From Pseudorhodoplanes sp. (GTDB taxonomy: Bacteria; Pseudomonadota; Alphaproteobacteria; Rhizobiales; Xanthobacteraceae): DNA of 64,000 bases. The notes below the pieces were generated by a model, which had not been told where the DNA came from, ran no database searches, and worked only from the letters and a program-made list of their open reading frames with translations. The position numbers and the translations under genes were made by a program. This document shows, piece after piece, positions 19,148 through 29,022 of the stretch; within the stretch, counting starts at the first letter, position 1; every line of letters starts with the position of its first letter. The stretch covers positions 2,241-66,240 of the forward strand of contig DASZTD010000005.1 of assembly GCA_035548355.1 (NCBI GenBank), given 5' to 3'.

Positions 19148-20020
19148 TTGACCGACGTCCGGACCGACTTTTCCCACCTGACGCCCGGTGCCGCCCGCCT
19201 CGGCGCGATCGCGGCCAAGCCGCGCGCCGCCGCCGTCCTGTGCGTGCTGGTCCTGACCGGGGCCGGCTGGCTCTATCTCGGGATCGTGGCCGGCGCGGCG
19301 CTCGCTCAGGGGGGCGGGGTCGCCGGATTGTTCCGCGCCCTTTGCGCGCCGCTCGGCGCAAGCTTTGGAATGCCGTCGGCCTCTGCCGGCGAGCTTTTGC
19401 GGCTGCTGCTGGTCTTTGCCATGTGGGTGGCGATGGCGCTGGCGATGATGCTTCCGAGCGCGGCGCCGATGATCATGACCTATGCCGAGATCGCCGATAC
19501 CGCCGCGCGCCGGCGCCAGCCGGTGATCACGCCCCTGGCGCTCGCCGCCGGCTACGCGGCGGTGTGGATTGCTTTCGCGGGCGCCGCCGCGCTGCTGCAG
19601 ATCGTGCTGACGCGGTTTGCGGTTCTCAACGTGGCGATGACGCCCGAAAGCCTGCTGGCGTCGGGATTGCTGTTCGTGCTGGCCGGCGCATACCAGTTTT
19701 CCTCGCTCAAGCAGTCTTGCCTGCGCGCCTGCCAGCGTCCGTTTCCGTTCTTCTTCGCCAACTGGAAGACGACCGCGCGCGGGGTGTTCGGGCTCGGCCT
19801 GCGGCAGGGGCTGCATTGTCTCGGCTGCTGCTGGGCGCTCATGCTGCTGATGCTCGCGGTCGGGGTGATGAATGCCGTGTGGATGGCGGGGCTCGCCGTC
19901 GTCATGACGCTGGAGAAGCTGTCGGCGACCTCGAGGCTCAGCCGGGCGATCGGAATTCTTCTTGTTGCAATTGGCGTGGCGTTGGCCGGCGCGGACCTCC
20001 TCGCGGCGGCCCGGAGTTGA
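19148..20020 (+). CDS. DUF2182 predicted metal-binding integral membrane protein
   Basis: MWVAMALAMMLPS, YQFSSLKQSCLRACQRP, CLGCCWALM; TTG start 8 nt after AGGAG. Confidence 0.85.
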   Translation: MTDVRTDFSHLTPGAARLGAIAAKPRAAAVLCVLVLTGAGWLYLGIVAGAALAQGGGVAGLFRALCAPLGASFGMPSASAGELLRLLLVFAMWVAMALAMMLPSAAPMIMTYAEIADTAARRRQPVITPLALAAGYAAVWIAFAGAAALLQIVLTRFAVLNVAMTPESLLASGLLFVLAGAYQFSSLKQSCLRACQRPFPFFFANWKTTARGVFGLGLRQGLHCLGCCWALMLLMLAVGVMNAVWMAGLAVVMTLEKLSATSRLSRAIGILLVAIGVALAGADLLAAARS

Positions 20021-20023
20021 GGA

Positions 20024-20647
20024 GTGTCTTTCGTGGAGCAATGGTCGATCAGGGGCGAGCTTGCCTTGTCCTGTTCGTGTGACGTCTTTTGTCCCTGCGT
20101 GCTTTCGCTCGGCAATCATCCGCCGACCGAGGGTCATTGCCAGACTTGGGCGGGCCTACGCATCGACGAGGGGCGGTTCGGCGAGACCGACCTTTCCGGC
20201 GTCAAGGCGGGACTGATGATCGAAATTCCCGGTCTAATGTCGCGCGGCAACTGGACCGCGGCGCTGTTCGTGGACGAAAAGGCGTCGGTCTATGCGGTCA
20301 AGGCGCTGACCCGCATCTTCATGGGTAAGGTGGGCGGCTCGACACATCTGCTGTCGATCCTCGTCGGTTCCTTTCTGGGCGTTCGGCAGGCGCCGATCGT
20401 GTACGACGTGCAGGACCAGACGCGCGTCATCAAGATCGACAAGATCGTCGATGGCGCGATCACGCCGATCCGCGGCAGAGAAAAGGGAAGCAACGTCGTG
20501 ATCCGCAACAGCGAATACTGGATCGCCCCCGACGTGACCGTCGCGCGCGCCGACAAGTCGCGTTTCCGCGCATTCGGACGGAACTGGAATTTCGCCGGAA
20601 AATCCGCCGAGATCTGCCAGATCGACTGGGGTAACAGGAATGGCTAG
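20024..20647 (+). CDS. DUF1326 domain protein (Cys-rich)
   Basis: CSCDVFCPC, PTEGHC, GNWTAALFVDE; typical partner of DUF2182. Confidence 0.85.
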   Translation: MSFVEQWSIRGELALSCSCDVFCPCVLSLGNHPPTEGHCQTWAGLRIDEGRFGETDLSGVKAGLMIEIPGLMSRGNWTAALFVDEKASVYAVKALTRIFMGKVGGSTHLLSILVGSFLGVRQAPIVYDVQDQTRVIKIDKIVDGAITPIRGREKGSNVVIRNSEYWIAPDVTVARADKSRFRAFGRNWNFAGKSAEICQIDWGNRNG

Positions 20648-21362
20648 GCAGCGGCGCGGTTCGGGGAAGGCGATTTCGCCCGCCCTTGCGATTGCGCCGG
20701 CCATGGCCGTCCATCTTTTCACCGCGCTCGGCGCCGCCTGCGCACTGCTCGCGCTGCTGGCCGCCGGCCGCGGCGATTTTGTCGCGATGTTCTGGTGGCT
20801 CGGGGCGGCGCTTTTCATCGACGGTGTCGATGGAACGCTCGCGCGTCGCGCCGGCGTCGCGCGCATCGCCCCGCGCTGGTCCGGCGACATTCTCGACTTC
20901 GTCGTCGATTTCACCACCTATGTGTTCGTTCCCGCCTACGCGCTGGCGGTGGGCGGGCTGCTGCCGGAGGAAGCCGCGCTGCCGCTTCCGCTCGCCATCG
21001 TCGTCACCGGCGCGCTCTATTTCGCCGACCGCGAGATGAAGACGCCGGACAACTATTTCAGGGGATTTCCGGCGCTGTGGAACGCGGTTGCGTTTCACCT
21101 GTTTCTGCTGAGGCCGCAACCGTGGCTCTGCGCGCTCGCGGTGCTGCTGCTGCTGGCGCTGACCTTCGCGCCGATCCGCTTCGTGCATCCAATGCGCGTT
21201 TCGCGGCTGCAGCCGCTGACGATCGGCGTTGTCGTGTTGTGGGCCGCGCTGTCGATGGCGGCGCTGCTCGCGCGGCTGAGCCCACCCTCGGCGGTGGCGT
21301 GGGCCGCCACGGCCTGCGCTCTTTATCTTGTCACGATCGGCGCGCTGGCGCCGAGACGGTGA
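20640..21362 (+). CDS. pcs: Phosphatidylcholine synthase (CDP-alcohol phosphatidyltransferase)
   Basis: VHLFTALG, DGVDGTLAR, LDFVVDFTTYVFVPA, YFRGFPALWN, FVHPMRV. Confidence 0.85.
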   Translation: MARQRRGSGKAISPALAIAPAMAVHLFTALGAACALLALLAAGRGDFVAMFWWLGAALFIDGVDGTLARRAGVARIAPRWSGDILDFVVDFTTYVFVPAYALAVGGLLPEEAALPLPLAIVVTGALYFADREMKTPDNYFRGFPALWNAVAFHLFLLRPQPWLCALAVLLLLALTFAPIRFVHPMRVSRLQPLTIGVVVLWAALSMAALLARLSPPSAVAWAATACALYLVTIGALAPRR

Positions 21363-21524
21363 GGCCGATGGCGTGCGGCGGCTTCGCGCTTCGTTGCGGC
21401 CCGGCAAGCCCGCCGGACGTCATGGCTCCCCGCCCTGCAATGCAGCGGCCCGGCTTGCGGCAGCCGGCCTTTTCCCAATGATGAGGAGCCGGGATCGGCC
21501 CGGGCCCGTAAGCATGAGGACGTC

Positions 21525-22259
21525 ATGAATCCTGTTCTGCTCGTCACCGGCGGAAGCCGGGGCATCGGCGCGGCTATCGCAAGGCTCGCCGGCGCGCATG
21601 GCTACGATGTCGGCGTGAACTACAAGAGCGATGCCAAGGCCGCGCAGGCGGTCGTCGCGGATATCGAGAAGGCCGGCGGCAAGGCGGTGGCGCTGCAGGG
21701 CGACATGAGCGTGGAGGCGGATGTTGAACGGGTCTTCCGGGAAACCGATGCCAGGCTCGGCCGGCTGACCCATCTCGTTTACAACAGCGGCATCGTCGGC
21801 AAGCCCTCGCGCGTCGAGGCGGTCGAGACGAGAACGCTGCGCGAGGTGATCGACCTCAATCTGCTCGGCGCCTTCTTCTGCGCGCGCGCCGCCATTCCGA
21901 GAATTTCGAAAAAACATGGCGGGCGGGGCGGAGCGATGGTGCTGATCTCCTCGATCGGCGCGGTTCTCGGCGGTCCCGGGGAATATGTCTGGTACGCGGC
22001 GACCAAGGGCGGGATCGACACCATGACGGTCGGCCTGTCAAAGGAGCTTGCCGACGACGGCATCCGCGTCAACGCGGTGGCGCCGGGGCTGATCGACACG
22101 GAAATCCATGAGCCCGGGCGGCTCGAGCGCATCGCGCCGCTGATCCCGATGAAGCGCCCGGGCACGGCCGGGGAGATCGCCGATTCCGTGCTGTTCCTGA
22201 TGTCGGAAGGCGCCAGCTATATCAGCGGGGCAGTCCTGCGCGTGACGGGCGGCCGCTAG
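21525..22259 (+). CDS. Short-chain dehydrogenase/reductase
   Basis: TGGSRGIG, YAATK, IRVNAVAPG. Confidence 0.92.
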   Translation: MNPVLLVTGGSRGIGAAIARLAGAHGYDVGVNYKSDAKAAQAVVADIEKAGGKAVALQGDMSVEADVERVFRETDARLGRLTHLVYNSGIVGKPSRVEAVETRTLREVIDLNLLGAFFCARAAIPRISKKHGGRGGAMVLISSIGAVLGGPGEYVWYAATKGGIDTMTVGLSKELADDGIRVNAVAPGLIDTEIHEPGRLERIAPLIPMKRPGTAGEIADSVLFLMSEGASYISGAVLRVTGGR

Positions 22260-22348
22260 CGTTCGCGGAAGCTTGCGCGGGTCCGGCGCGTCCCTATGAT
22301 CGCGCACGCTCGCCTCGGGCGGGGCGTCGCAAATTGGAGCGAATGACG

Positions 22349-23326
22349 ATGGTTGCTGCAGTTCGAGTTCACAAGACCGGCGGTCCGGACGTCCTGACCT
22401 TCGAGGACATCGACATCGGCGCGCCGGGACAGGGGCAAATCCGCATCCGGCAACACGCGTGCGGCATCAACTTTATCGACACGTATTTCCGCTCGGGCCT
22501 CTATCCGTCGCCGACCGGCCTGCCTTTCGTGGTCGGCAACGAGGGGGCGGGCGAGGTGACGGCGGTGGGCCCAGGCGTCACCGACATCAAGGCCGGTGAC
22601 CGCGTCGCCTATGTGGTCGCGCTCGGCGGATACGCGGCCGAGCGACTGCTGCCCGCCGAGCGCGCGGTAAAGCTGCCGTCGTCGATCTCCTACGAGCAGG
22701 CGGCCGGCATGATGCTGAAAGGCATGACCACGCAGTATCTGCTGCGCCGGACCTTCAAGGTGGAAAAGGGGCACACCGTGCTGGTGCATGCCGCCGCCGG
22801 CGGCGTCGGCCAGATTCTCTGCCAGTGGGCGAATGCCCTCGGCGCGACCGTGATCGGCACCGTCGGTTCGAAAGACAAGGCGGACATCGCGAAGGCCAAT
22901 GGCTGCCATCACGCGATCCTCTACCGCGACGAGGATTTCGTGGCGCGGGTGAAGGAGATCACCGGCGGCAAACTCTGCGACGTCGTCTATGACGGAGTGG
23001 GCAAAGCGACATTTCCCGCCTCGCTCGACTGCATCCGGCCGCTCGGCATGTTTGTTTCTTTCGGCTCGTCGTCCGGGCCGATCGAGGCGTTCAATATCGG
23101 ATTGCTGCAGGCCAAGGGCTCGCTGTTCGCGACGCGTCCCACGCTCAACACCTATACCGCCAGGCGGGAGGATCTTGTCGCCACCGCGAACGACTTGTTC
23201 GATGTCGTGACCGGCGGCAAGGTGAAAATTCCGGTCAGCAAGACCTATGCGCTCAAGGATGCGAAGCAGGCGCATGTCGACCTCGAAGGTCGAAAGACCA
23301 CCGGTTCGCTGATCCTGAAGCCGTGA
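22349..23326 (+). CDS. qor: NADPH:quinone oxidoreductase (zeta-crystallin family)
   Basis: GINFIDTYFRSGLYP, HAAAGGVG, YDGVGK, GRKTTGS. Confidence 0.9.
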   Translation: MVAAVRVHKTGGPDVLTFEDIDIGAPGQGQIRIRQHACGINFIDTYFRSGLYPSPTGLPFVVGNEGAGEVTAVGPGVTDIKAGDRVAYVVALGGYAAERLLPAERAVKLPSSISYEQAAGMMLKGMTTQYLLRRTFKVEKGHTVLVHAAAGGVGQILCQWANALGATVIGTVGSKDKADIAKANGCHHAILYRDEDFVARVKEITGGKLCDVVYDGVGKATFPASLDCIRPLGMFVSFGSSSGPIEAFNIGLLQAKGSLFATRPTLNTYTARREDLVATANDLFDVVTGGKVKIPVSKTYALKDAKQAHVDLEGRKTTGSLILKP

Positions 23327-23364
23327 GCGGCCAGTCCGCGCGGCGGATGGACGCGGGAAGGGAA

Positions 23365-23387
23365 GGCGCGGGCCGGCAGCCCGCGCC
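23365..23387. terminator. GC-rich hairpin between convergent genes
   Basis: GGCGCGGGC-cggca-GCCCGCGCC perfect 9-bp stem; no U tract. Confidence 0.5.
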
Positions 23388-23393
23388 CTCGAT

Positions 23394-23714
23394 TCAATCG
23401 CAAATCAGCCGGCCGAAGGCATCGTAGCCGCAGGGCGCGACGGGTTCGTCGGTCTCGGTGACATAGGTCGCCCCGGTGCCGTCGACCGCCTCGATCACGC
23501 GCCGCTCGATTCCCGGCCGCACGACGCGCCGCTCGTAGGTCACCGGCGGATAGGACAGCACGATCTCCCGTTCCTCGATGACGTAGCTGTCCGCGGGCGC
23601 GACATAGGCGGGCGGCGGGCCGTAACGCTCGACGTAAACCGTCTGTGCTGCCGCGCTGCCGGCGCCACCGAGCACCGCGGCGAGGGTTACCGCGCTCATC
23701 AAGCGATAGGTCAT
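23394..23714 (-). CDS. Small secreted hypothetical protein (106 aa) with C-terminal Cys pair
   Basis: GGAGG RBS, signal peptide MTYRLMSAVTLAAVLGGAGSAAA, ends CGYDAFGRLICD. Confidence 0.75.
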   Translation of the reverse strand: MTYRLMSAVTLAAVLGGAGSAAAQTVYVERYGPPPAYVAPADSYVIEEREIVLSYPPVTYERRVVRPGIERRVIEAVDGTGATYVTETDEPVAPCGYDAFGRLICD

Positions 23715-23747
23715 GTGGAACCTCCATGCTTGCCATTGCCGGAGGCC

Positions 23748-23772
23748 AATGAACGCGCGCGGCGAACGTTCC
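23748..23772 (-). promoter_or_regulatory. EcfG (general stress sigma)-type promoter
   Basis: Minus strand GGAAC-N16-CATT, -10 about 33 nt upstream of ATG. Confidence 0.55.
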
Positions 23773-23822
23773 GGCCGCATATGCGGCGTTTTCGTCACGA
23801 AAAATCCGCACCGCGCGGGAAG

Positions 23823-25145
23823 TCAGAATCCGACCACCGTCCCGTGCAGGTCGTATTCGTCCGCGCGCTCGATTTTGACAGTGGCGATTTCGCCCACCTT
23901 GAGCGGACGACGGCTCGCCACGTGGACCACGCCGTCGATTTCCGGGGCGTCGGCTTTGCTGCGGCCCTTGGCACCGGAGGGGTCGATCTCGTCGACGATG
24001 ACCTGCTGGCGCGTCCCGACCTTGCGCTTGAGCCTCCTCAGCGAAATCCTCTGCTGCCTTTCCATGAATCGCTGCCGGCGACGCTCCTTCACCTCTTCGG
24101 GCACCGGGGCGGCGAGCTCGTTGGCGGCGGCTCCGTTCACCGGTTCGTATTTGAAGCAGCCGACCCGGTCGAGCGCGGCCTCCTCGAGCCATTCGAGCAG
24201 AAACTCGAAATCCTCGTCGGTCTCGCCCGGAAAGCCGACGATGAAGGTCGAGCGGATCGCGAGATCGGGACAGATCTCGCGCCAGCGCCGGATGCGCTCC
24301 AGCGTCTTTTCCTGCGCCGCCGGACGGCGCATGCGCTTCAAGATTTCAGGCGCGGCATGCTGAAACGGGATGTCGAGATAGGGCAGAATCTTTCCTTCCG
24401 CCATCAGCGGTATGACGTCGTCGACATGCGGATAGGGATAGACGTAATGCAGCCGCACCCAGATGCCGAGTTCGCCCAGCGCGCGGACGATGTCGATAAA
24501 TTTCGCGCGCAGCGGCGCGCCCTTCCAGTCGCTTTCGGCATAGCGAATATCGACGCCGTAGGCCGAGGTGTCCTGGGAAATCACCAGCAGTTCTCTGACG
24601 CCCGCCGCCGCCAGCCTTTCCGCCTCGCGCATCACGTCGGCGGCCGGACGCGACACGAGGTCGCCGCGCAGTTTCGGAATGATGCAGAAGCTGCACCGGT
24701 TGTTGCAGCCTTCGGAAATCTTCAGATAGGCGTAATGGCGCGGCGTGAGCTTGATCCCCTGCGGCGGCACGAGATCGAGAAAGGGATCGTGGCGCGGCGG
24801 CGCGGCGCGATGCACCGCGTCGAGAACGCTTTCAAATTGCTGCGGGCCGGTGATCGCCAGAACGTTGGGGAAGCGCCCGGCGATTTTCTCCGGCTCCGCG
24901 CCCATGCAGCCGGTGACGATCACCTTGCCGTTCTCCGCCAGCGCCTTGCCGATCGCGTCGAGCGATTCAGCCTGCGCGCTGTCGAGAAAGCCGCAGGTAT
25001 TCACCACGACGAGATCGCTGCCCTTGTGCTCGCGCGCAAGCTCGTAGCCTTCCGCCCGCAACCTCGTGATGATGCGTTCAGAATCGACCAGCGCCTTGGG
25101 ACAGCCGAGCGAGACGAAAGAAATGCGCGGCGCGGATGCGCTCAT
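23823..25145 (-). CDS. rimO: Ribosomal protein S12 methylthiotransferase RimO
   Basis: [25 protein letters not shown] radical SAM motif, TRAM-like C-terminus. Confidence 0.96.
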   Translation of the reverse strand: MSASAPRISFVSLGCPKALVDSERIITRLRAEGYELAREHKGSDLVVVNTCGFLDSAQAESLDAIGKALAENGKVIVTGCMGAEPEKIAGRFPNVLAITGPQQFESVLDAVHRAAPPRHDPFLDLVPPQGIKLTPRHYAYLKISEGCNNRCSFCIIPKLRGDLVSRPAADVMREAERLAAAGVRELLVISQDTSAYGVDIRYAESDWKGAPLRAKFIDIVRALGELGIWVRLHYVYPYPHVDDVIPLMAEGKILPYLDIPFQHAAPEILKRMRRPAAQEKTLERIRRWREICPDLAIRSTFIVGFPGETDEDFEFLLEWLEEAALDRVGCFKYEPVNGAAANELAAPVPEEVKERRRQRFMERQQRISLRRLKRKVGTRQQVIVDEIDPSGAKGRSKADAPEIDGVVHVASRRPLKVGEIATVKIERADEYDLHGTVVGF

Positions 25146-25340
25146 GGTGCGATGAAACCTCGTGTGGGCCTGCGGGGGTAGGCGAGAGCGCGGTCTGCGT
25201 CAACCGGGCGGGGCGGCAGCGGGCGGGCGGGTGAGATTCGCCGCGCGGCTCGAGCCCCGCCGCCCGAACGGTATTCCCTTCGGCCGAGCTCTCCATGAAA
25301 AGGCCCGGATTTCAAGGCTTTGAGAAGGGCTCGGGGCGGC

Positions 25341-25356
25341 TTTAGCAATTGTTAAC
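25341..25356 (+). promoter_or_regulatory. Putative CtrA-binding box
   Basis: TTTA-gcaattg-TTAAC, one mismatch to TTAA-N7-TTAAC, in the rimO / LysM-lipoprotein divergent region. Confidence 0.5.
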
Positions 25357-25445
25357 CGTCGTGGCTGTCTCTTGGCGCTGCACCTGTTCCGCGTCGCAAC
25401 CCGCCAACGCCCGGCGGCCTCCGCTCCCATCAGAATCCGGACTGC

Positions 25446-26372
25446 GTGACTCGGAATCTCAGCCTCGCCTTTCTCCTTCTCTGCAGCCTCGCCACGGCGG
25501 GATGCGGCACGATGAATTTCGTGGACACGATGACGACCGGCTCGATCGCGGCGGAGCCGCAGGCCGAGGGCAGGGGGCATGTCTATATCTTTCGCGGTGT
25601 CGGCGGAAAGCTGGCGACGATGGACCTCGACCGCCTCGCCGACAGGATCAATGCGCAGGGCGTCAGCGCCAAGGTCTATGACTTCATGGAATGGCGGATG
25701 CCGGCGCAGGAGGCGATCGCGCGCTACCGTTCGGAGGCGCGTCCAAGCCCGATCGTCCTGCTCGGGCATTCGGCCGGGGCCGATGTCGCGCTGAGCTTCG
25801 CCGAAAGGCTGAAGGAGGAGCGGATACCGGTCAGCCTCGTGATCACGCTCGACCCCACCCGGCTGCCGCACGACGTGCCGCCCAATGTCGACCGGTTCAT
25901 CAACATCTACGCCTCGATGAATTTCTTCGGCGGCGGCAATGTCAGCTCGGGCGGAGACTATCGCGGGCATTTCGCTAGCATCGATCTGAAGAATTACTGG
26001 GAGGTGCCGCATGTGCGCATGCTGCGGATTGGCGGGCTGGACGACCGGCTGGTGGAGAAGATCGTGCGCGTAGCGACCGCGCAGCCGAACCTGGAGGGGA
26101 TCACCGTTCCGATCCGCTACGTGATGCCGCGCGGCATGAAGGTGGAGCTGTGGGATTCCGGCGTCCCGGTCCGCGCCGAAGCCGGCGACACGGCGGGGCG
26201 GATCGCCGCCCGTTACGGAGTGCCGGCCTGGATAGTCGCGCAGCTCAACGATGTGGACGAAGCCTCGCCGCTCGAACCCGGCCGACGGATCGTGATACCG
26301 CGCGATCTCGACGCCGCGCCTCCGCCAGCCGTCGGTGGCCCGCTGACGAGCTACGTGCCGCCGGCGCGCTAG
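25446..26372 (+). CDS. Putative lipoprotein with alpha/beta-hydrolase-like domain and C-terminal LysM domain
   Basis: Lipobox-like TAGC, LLGHSAGA nucleophile elbow, GDTAGRIAARYGV...LN...LEPGRRIVIP LysM pattern. Confidence 0.75.
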   Translation: MTRNLSLAFLLLCSLATAGCGTMNFVDTMTTGSIAAEPQAEGRGHVYIFRGVGGKLATMDLDRLADRINAQGVSAKVYDFMEWRMPAQEAIARYRSEARPSPIVLLGHSAGADVALSFAERLKEERIPVSLVITLDPTRLPHDVPPNVDRFINIYASMNFFGGGNVSSGGDYRGHFASIDLKNYWEVPHVRMLRIGGLDDRLVEKIVRVATAQPNLEGITVPIRYVMPRGMKVELWDSGVPVRAEAGDTAGRIAARYGVPAWIVAQLNDVDEASPLEPGRRIVIPRDLDAAPPPAVGGPLTSYVPPAR

Positions 26373-26534
26373 CGCGATTTGCGGAGGCGGCGGGCTGGAT
26401 CGGGGCCGGGCCGCGCCGGGAAGCGGCCGCGCCCGCCCGTCCCGCGACGGATGTCGGCGCGACGGGGGCGGGGCTCGGCCGCGATTTCTCTTTCGCCCAA
26501 ATTGAACCGTGCTAAATGTCGGCGCCCCAACCGC

Positions 26535-26624
26535 GGAAGGGTGGCCGAGTGGTTTAAGGCAGCGGTCTTGAAAACCGCCGTACCCGCAAGGGTACCGTGA
26601 GTTCGAATCTCACCCCTTCCGCCA
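26535..26624 (+). tRNA. tRNA-Ser (anticodon TGA)
   Basis: GGAAGGG/CCCTTCC acceptor stem, GCGGT-cTTGAAa-ACCGC anticodon arm, long variable arm, GTTCGAATC, G-CCA end; 90 nt. Confidence 0.97.
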
Positions 26625-26831
26625 GGCGTTCTGATATTCCCGATTTTGCAGATGGTTCGCCGAGCACGCGGGAGTAGCGCTCCGCGTGTTCATTTCGCGT
26701 CGGGGGCCGTGGCGGTCGGGCAGCCATATTTGATACACGCATCGGAGATTTGAGGGGGGGCGGCGGATGAAAGCGGCGGACCGGAAAGTGCCGGACAATC
26801 CGTCCGAGAAGCGGCGCGCGCCGTAACGCGC

Positions 26832-27725
26832 ATGCATCAGGATAGTTTCGTCCTTTACTGCAAAACCTATGAAGGAGACGCACGGCGTCTGGCACGGCTC
26901 GCGGACAGCATCCGCCGGTTCAACGCGGATAATATCCGCTTCTATGTCAGCGTTCCGTCGAAGGATCGCCCGTTGTTTCGCGACATTCTGGGAAACGATT
27001 TCGACCTTCTAGACGACGAGGAGATCATCGCCGCCAATCCGCGCGCGGTCGTATCCCGATACGCCTCAATGGACGGCCGGATCACGCAACAGATCGTCAA
27101 AAGCGAATTCTGGCGCCTCGTTCCCTGCCGCGCCTATCTTTGCGTGGATTCGGACGGGAAGTTCCTGCGCCCGTTCCGTCGCGGCGACTTCATCGACAGC
27201 GACGGCATCGCCTTCACCGTCATTCACGAGAACAAGGAAGTTCTCGACATGGCGATACGCAAGGGCAGGCACAAGGTCGCGGAAGACTTTGCGCGTGACT
27301 CCGAACGCATGAAAGCGCGCTTCGGACGAAAGGGCCCGAACTACCTGTTCGGTCCGCCGCCCTTCCTGTGGTCGGCCGCCGTCTGGCGCGATCTCGACGA
27401 GAAATATCTGCAACCGCGCGGCATGACGTTCTGGGATGCGATTGACGAGGATGCGTGCGAGTGGCGCTGGTATGCCGAAGCGCAACTCGCCTTCAACAGC
27501 ATCCCGATGAAGCCACGCGGTCCCTATTTTCGTTTCTATCATTACGACTGGCAGTGGCGGGAAATGCGCAAGCGCGGGGAAACCGAGGAGACGATCGCGC
27601 GCGACTATCTCGGCGTCGTGTATCAGTCGAACTGGGAATTCGAGATGGACGCCGGCTCCAAGGTCCGTCCGGCAGGTTCGCGCCTGATACGTCGCTTCAA
27701 GCGATGGATGAACGGTTTCATCTAG
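26832..27725 (+). CDS. DUF6492-like / GT-A glycosyltransferase-like protein
   Basis: QQIVK and YLCVDSD (DxD) motifs; looks less GC-rich than neighbours. Confidence 0.6.
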   Translation: MHQDSFVLYCKTYEGDARRLARLADSIRRFNADNIRFYVSVPSKDRPLFRDILGNDFDLLDDEEIIAANPRAVVSRYASMDGRITQQIVKSEFWRLVPCRAYLCVDSDGKFLRPFRRGDFIDSDGIAFTVIHENKEVLDMAIRKGRHKVAEDFARDSERMKARFGRKGPNYLFGPPPFLWSAAVWRDLDEKYLQPRGMTFWDAIDEDACEWRWYAEAQLAFNSIPMKPRGPYFRFYHYDWQWREMRKRGETEETIARDYLGVVYQSNWEFEMDAGSKVRPAGSRLIRRFKRWMNGFI

Positions 27726-27900
27726 CCGATCCAACAACGTCCGATTGTCGATTATTTCCAAGAACTTGGATGTATTTTTCACACCCATCAGTTGCGTTCT
27801 GTATGTATTAACACTTACGCGGTAATCTGTGCCGGTCGTTATGGCGCGGCAGCCGGGGGGTATCTTGAACCCTGTCCGACCCGCCGGCGGGACTTGCGAG

Positions 27901-29022
27901 ATGTACGCACAGACTTCGTTGATGGCCGAGCTTGAAGACGCGATGCGGCACGGATCGAGCGACAAGCGCATCGCCACGCTGCGACGCGTGACCAACCTTT
28001 TCCTGATGAAAAGCGAACGGCTGAACGAAGACCAGATCCAGGTCTTCGACGAAGTGCTTTGCCATCTGATGGCGAGGGTGGAGGCGAGGGTGCTGGCCGA
28101 GCTTGGGGAACGGCTCGCGCCGATTCACAACGCGCCGGTGGAGGCGATCCGTGCACTCGCGCGGCATGACGAGATTGCCGTGGCCGGTCCGGTGCTCGCG
28201 ATTTCGGAGCGGCTCGCGCCGCAGGACCTCGTTGACATCGCACGGACCAAGGGGCGGCAACACCTGTTGGCGATCTGCAAGCGCAAGATGCTGAGCGAAC
28301 CGGTCACCGACGCGCTGATCGAGCGCGGGGATGCCGAGGTCGTCAGCCGTCTCGTGGACAATGCCGGCGCGGCGTTTTCCGACAGCGGCTATACGCGGCT
28401 GGTCGAGAAGGCGCGTTCCGACGAGGCGTTGTGCGAAGGCGTCGGCCTTCGCGCCGACATTCCGCTCCACATCTTCCGCGATTTGCTCGAACACACGACC
28501 GACTCCGTCCGCAGCCGTTTGCTCTCGCTCGCCTCAGCGGAAAAGCGCGAGGAAATTCGCGCCATCCTGCGAGACATCCCGAACGGCGTTCCGGCTCACG
28601 ATCGCGCGGCGCCCGATTTCGCCGAATCGGAGCAGCATGTGCGGCGGCTGAACGAGGCGGGCCAACTCAATCAGCTTGCACTGCTGGAATTCGTGCACAC
28701 CGGCCGCTACGCCGAAAGCGTCGTGGCGCTGGCGCTGATGTGCGGGGCGCCGGTCGAGCTGATCGAACGCATTTTCAACGATGCGCGCAGCGAGTCGCTT
28801 TTGATCCCGTGCAAGGCCGCGGGCCTGTCGTGGATGACCCTGCGCGCGCTCATTCTTCTCCAGTCCGGCAAGCGAGGGATCAACGCGCAGGACCTCGGCA
28901 AGATCAAGAACGATTATGCGCGGTTGTCGCAGGCGACGGCGCAGCGGGTCTTGCGGTTCTGGGCTACCGAGCAGACGCTGCGGGATCCGGACAGCGGCTC
29001 CGGCGACAAGGCGAGCGCATGA
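27901..29022 (+). CDS. DUF2336 domain protein
   Basis: LRRVTNLF, LARHDEIAVAGPVL, HLLAI, VTDALIERGD, CKAAGLSW. Confidence 0.85.
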   Translation: MYAQTSLMAELEDAMRHGSSDKRIATLRRVTNLFLMKSERLNEDQIQVFDEVLCHLMARVEARVLAELGERLAPIHNAPVEAIRALARHDEIAVAGPVLAISERLAPQDLVDIARTKGRQHLLAICKRKMLSEPVTDALIERGDAEVVSRLVDNAGAAFSDSGYTRLVEKARSDEALCEGVGLRADIPLHIFRDLLEHTTDSVRSRLLSLASAEKREEIRAILRDIPNGVPAHDRAAPDFAESEQHVRRLNEAGQLNQLALLEFVHTGRYAESVVALALMCGAPVELIERIFNDARSESLLIPCKAAGLSWMTLRALILLQSGKRGINAQDLGKIKNDYARLSQATAQRVLRFWATEQTLRDPDSGSGDKASA

